DNA of 30,349 nt from an uncultured bacterium (lineage in GTDB: Bacteria; Abyssobacteria; SURF-5), in NCBI GenBank assembly GCA_964510165.1, contig CAZEBC010000006.1:1-30349 (forward strand). The letters are read 5' to 3'. Shown in pieces: positions 27,307 to 30,349 of the stretch. The notes under the pieces were generated by a model. The model made no database searches. It was not told the origin of the DNA and saw only the letters and a list, made by a program, of their open reading frames with translations. A program made the position numbers and the translations under genes. Positions within the stretch are counted from its first letter, which is position 1, and every line of letters starts with the position of its first letter.

Positions 27307-28269
27307 ATGATCGAGGAGGTCCGCCCGGATTTCTATAGGATGGAAATACCGCTTCCGGGGAATCCGTTGAAGAGCATCAACTCTTATGTGATAAAGAGCG
27401 AGCGCAACCTGATGATTGATACCGGCATGAACCGCCGCGCATGCCGTGAGGCAATGGACGCGGGCCTGAAGCAGCTCAAGGTGGACCTCGCGAATACTGA
27501 TTTCTTTATCACGCACTTGCATGCCGACCATTTCGGGCTCGTCGGCAGCCTCGCGACCGAGACATCGAAGGTATACTTTAACCGGCCCGACGCCGCCAGG
27601 ATATATGCTGGCGCCTGGGATGAGATGGTGGGTTTTGCGGGACTGAACGGTTTTCCGCAGGATGAGCTCCAGGCCGCGCTGCAGAATCATCCGGGTTACA
27701 AGTACGCGACAGAGCGGGAATGGCCGCTCACGTTGTTGAATGACGGGGACGTGCTGACCGCGGGAAACTATCGGCTTGAGTGCGTGCAGACGCCCGGCCA
27801 CACCCGCGGCCACATGTGCCTGTACGAGCCTGCCCAAAAGATACTTCTGTCGGGCGACCACATCCTCATCGACATCACGCCGAACATTCAGTTGTGGTCG
27901 GACACGGAGAACCCGCTCGAAGAGTATCTGGCGAGCCTGGACAAGGTCTATCAGATGGACATCGCGCTTGTGCTTCCGGGGCATCGCCGCATCATGCGGG
28001 ACTGCAGGGGGCGCATCGAGGAGCTGAAGCTGCATCACCGGCGACGAGCCGAGGAGGTGCTGGCCATCTTGAATGAAGGCCCGCGAAACGCCTATCAGGT
28101 TGCCTCTGGGATGACCTGGGACATCCAGGCCGACTCGTGGGAAGAATTCCCGGTTTCCCAGAAATGGTTCGCGACCGGTGAAGCGCTGTCACATCTGAGG
28201 TACCTTGAGGAGCGGGAGAAGGTTAGCAAGGAAAAGGTTGACGGAACGACGGTCTACCGGCTCAGGTGA
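27307..28269 (+). CDS. MBL-fold metallo-hydrolase with C-terminal helical domain
   Basis: INSYVI, LMIDTG, THLHADHFG, TPGHTRGH, SGDHIL, LPGH. Start set at ATG 27307 behind AAGGAG. Confidence 0.93.
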   Translation: MIEEVRPDFYRMEIPLPGNPLKSINSYVIKSERNLMIDTGMNRRACREAMDAGLKQLKVDLANTDFFITHLHADHFGLVGSLATETSKVYFNRPDAARIYAGAWDEMVGFAGLNGFPQDELQAALQNHPGYKYATEREWPLTLLNDGDVLTAGNYRLECVQTPGHTRGHMCLYEPAQKILLSGDHILIDITPNIQLWSDTENPLEEYLASLDKVYQMDIALVLPGHRRIMRDCRGRIEELKLHHRRRAEEVLAILNEGPRNAYQVASGMTWDIQADSWEEFPVSQKWFATGEALSHLRYLEEREKVSKEKVDGTTVYRLR

Positions 28270-28488
28270 TTCGAGACCGTACCCGGCGGCGCGTGACGGT
28301 TTAGCTATCAGGAACCCGGTGTCGGTGAAAGGGATTCCGCATGTGACGCGGCTTCATTTCCCACAATGATGTTTCCAGGAACATCCTCTGCACTCTTCGT
28401 TTATTCCTTCGCATTGGAAATTAGCAGTTACGGGCATCCTCGCGTAACAACGCTCGTGTAAGCATTGAATGGCAATGCTGGAACCACA

Positions 28489-30349
28489 ATGAAGCGGCTT
28501 CAAGAACATGGATGGCTTATTGCGGTAGTGCTGGCCGCAAGCGGTGTGTGCCTTTGCTTTTCGACGCTGGACCTCAATTTCTTCTCGCCTTATTGTTTCA
28601 GCGACATCGGGCATCAGTTGACAAACTATGAGTCGGCATACGGGGGAGGCGTTCCGTATCTAGACTTCTGGGAGAATTGGGCGCCCGGCTCGTTCTATAT
28701 TAACGTCTTGGCCTTCGCGTGGTTCGGGGTAAGCATCTATTCGACGAAGCTGCTCCTGGCGCTGACGCTCATTGCATGCGCCGCGGCCTTGTTCCTGATT
28801 TCGAGGCGACTGGTCCCGGAGCCTATGGCGGCAGTGGTAGTGGTCGTTTGCTTGCTTTGGGGAAACGTGTCACTGAATATTCCGTATAGCGGCTGGTTTG
28901 CGATTTGCTTCAGCATGCTTGCGCTCCTTTGCGTGCTGAAGTCGGCGGAGAAGCGGGAGAGGACTTTATTTTGGCTGCTCTTGGCCGGGGTTGCAGTCGG
29001 GGCGGTTTTTTCGGTGAAGCAGAATATCGGCCTGGTGAGTTTTGTGGCGGCGGCGACGGCATCGGCGGCGGCCATCCATACGGCGGAGCTGGCGGATTAC
29101 GCCAGGGCCGGGGATGGCACTGGATCGGGGTTATCGCGGATTCCATTTATCCTCGTGGAATTGTGCCTGCTCGCAGCGGGATGTTTGCTATTTCCCTATG
29201 TAATTATCCGCGCGTTGTTGGCGGCCAATGTGAAGGTCGGCATCGAGCATTTCGCGGTCTTCTTCCTTCCCGTGGCTGCGATTGACGCGTGTGTTGCGGC
29301 ATCGCTTGTAAGGGCCAAGGATGTTGACTTTGGGCGGATGTTTGGAGGCTTGCTGAAGAAGGGGGCGGCGCTCGCATGTGGGTTTGCTCTGGTGGTCGCT
29401 CCCTGGTTTGTCTGGCTTTCGCAGTTGATGGGGTGGAAGGATTTCTACAGGGTTGTGCTGGTTACGCATCCGCTTCAGGAGAGTTTCAGGCGAATTTATC
29501 CCACGTTTGGTCAGCTCGGCGGTCTGTCGGTGGCACAGATATTATGGTTTGCGGCGCTTGTGGCGGTATGCGGATTGATCTGCCTGCTGTTCATATATGC
29601 CAAAGCGCGCAGGTTGTTTGTAGTCTCATTCGTGATTGGGGCAATTCTATTGCTCTTGGTTGTGCGCGAACTCGTTCATATGGGGTCTGGCTACGCGGGC
29701 ATGTTCTATTATCCGCCGCTACTTGCGGGCGCGGCGTTCGCCTATCTGATTGCGCGCGGGTGGAGCGGGGATAATGACGAGACGCGGGCGCGGCGAGATT
29801 TCCCGGTTCTGGCGGCGACTCTCTTCGCAACGCACACCTTCATGACGCTCGCCACATTTGCCGACGGCACGCACTATCATATGGTCATCTTCCCCTGGAT
29901 AATCCTGGCCGGTTGGGCATTCTCGGTGAGTTACGACAAGGCTCGTTCGATTCTTCCGAATCCGACGTTTGCCTCGACGTTGAGGGGGGCGGGCCTCGTT
30001 GTGGCGACTGCGCTGCCGTTTTTCGGGCCGTTCGTTGGGAAGGGTCTGGCGATGGTACGGTCGCAGTATGAACAAAACGTGAGGTATTGTGAAGAATTCG
30101 GAGGACATGGACCTGAGAACAAGGAAGGGTTTCTGGCGAAGATGGAGACTGGCTCGCGAGGCGGGATTTATGTCAACCGCGCGTTTCTCCGCGAGATAGA
30201 CGAGGTGGTTCTCCACATCAGAGCTAATACCAGTGAGCACGATTATCTGCTGGTGGTTCCCTCTTCGGGAGTGTTCAATTTTCTGGCGGAGCGGCGGCCG
30301 CCGTCGAGATACCGATATTTTCTGTTCGATTTTCTGTCGGAGCAGCAGC
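28489..30349 (+). CDS. Polytopic membrane protein, GT-C fold glycosyltransferase-like (ArnT/GT39-type); 3' end beyond window
   Basis: Not in ORF track (no stop in window). Frame 1 from ATG 28489: MKRLQEHGWLIAVVLAA...SDIGHQL...GGVPYLDFWENWAPGSFY..FAWFG, VKQNIG, many TM segments, C-terminal FNFLAERRPPSRY. No in-frame stop in the stretches I translated. Confidence 0.8.
   Translation, partial: MKRLQEHGWLIAVVLAASGVCLCFSTLDLNFFSPYCFSDIGHQLTNYESAYGGGVPYLDFWENWAPGSFYINVLAFAWFGVSIYSTKLLLALTLIACAAALFLISRRLVPEPMAAVVVVVCLLWGNVSLNIPYSGWFAICFSMLALLCVLKSAEKRERTLFWLLLAGVAVGAVFSVKQNIGLVSFVAAATASAAAIHTAELADYARAGDGTGSGLSRIPFILVELCLLAAGCLLFPYVIIRALLAANVKVGIEHFAVFFLPVAAIDACVAASLVRAKDVDFGRMFGGLLKKGAALACGFALVVAPWFVWLSQLMGWKDFYRVVLVTHPLQESFRRIYPTFGQLGGLSVAQILWFAALVAVCGLICLLFIYAKARRLFVVSFVIGAILLLLVVRELVHMGSGYAGMFYYPPLLAGAAFAYLIARGWSGDNDETRARRDFPVLAATLFATHTFMTLATFADGTHYHMVIFPWIILAGWAFSVSYDKARSILPNPTFASTLRGAGLVVATALPFFGPFVGKGLAMVRSQYEQNVRYCEEFGGHGPENKEGFLAKMETGSRGGIYVNRAFLREIDEVVLHIRANTSEHDYLLVVPSSGVFNFLAERRPPSRYRYFLFDFLSEQQ

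Overview
GC-rich (roughly high-50s % by eye) chromosomal segment of an anaerobic bacterium with a Deltaproteobacteria-like gene set; taxon cannot be assigned from sequence alone. Left to right: (i) a minus-strand CoA-ester operon with two AMP-forming acyl-CoA ligases, a BcrC/BcrB (HgdB/HgdA)-like Fe-S pair, an acyl-CoA dehydrogenase, an embedded AT-richer HicB/HicA-like pair and a Sir2/CobB gene cut by the window edge; (ii) two tandem multi-PAS hybrid histidine kinases sharing an apparently identical 1163-bp output module; (iii) hcp with an HcpR/CRP-type site, a REP doublet and a DUF3500-like gene; (iv) an RRM RNA-binding protein gene inside about 1 kb of apparently structured RNA, in which leader and trailer pair with each other around the ORF (the most unusual signal in the window); (v) an OmpA lipoprotein; (vi) a housekeeping run gap-pgk-rpsO-pnp-M16 peptidase-dut; (vii) an MBL-fold hydrolase and a truncated GT-C-type membrane protein missing from the ORF track. 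No rRNA, tRNA, CRISPR array or transposase was seen. All family calls come from motif recognition by eye and all RNA structures from manual pairing, not from database searches or folding software.
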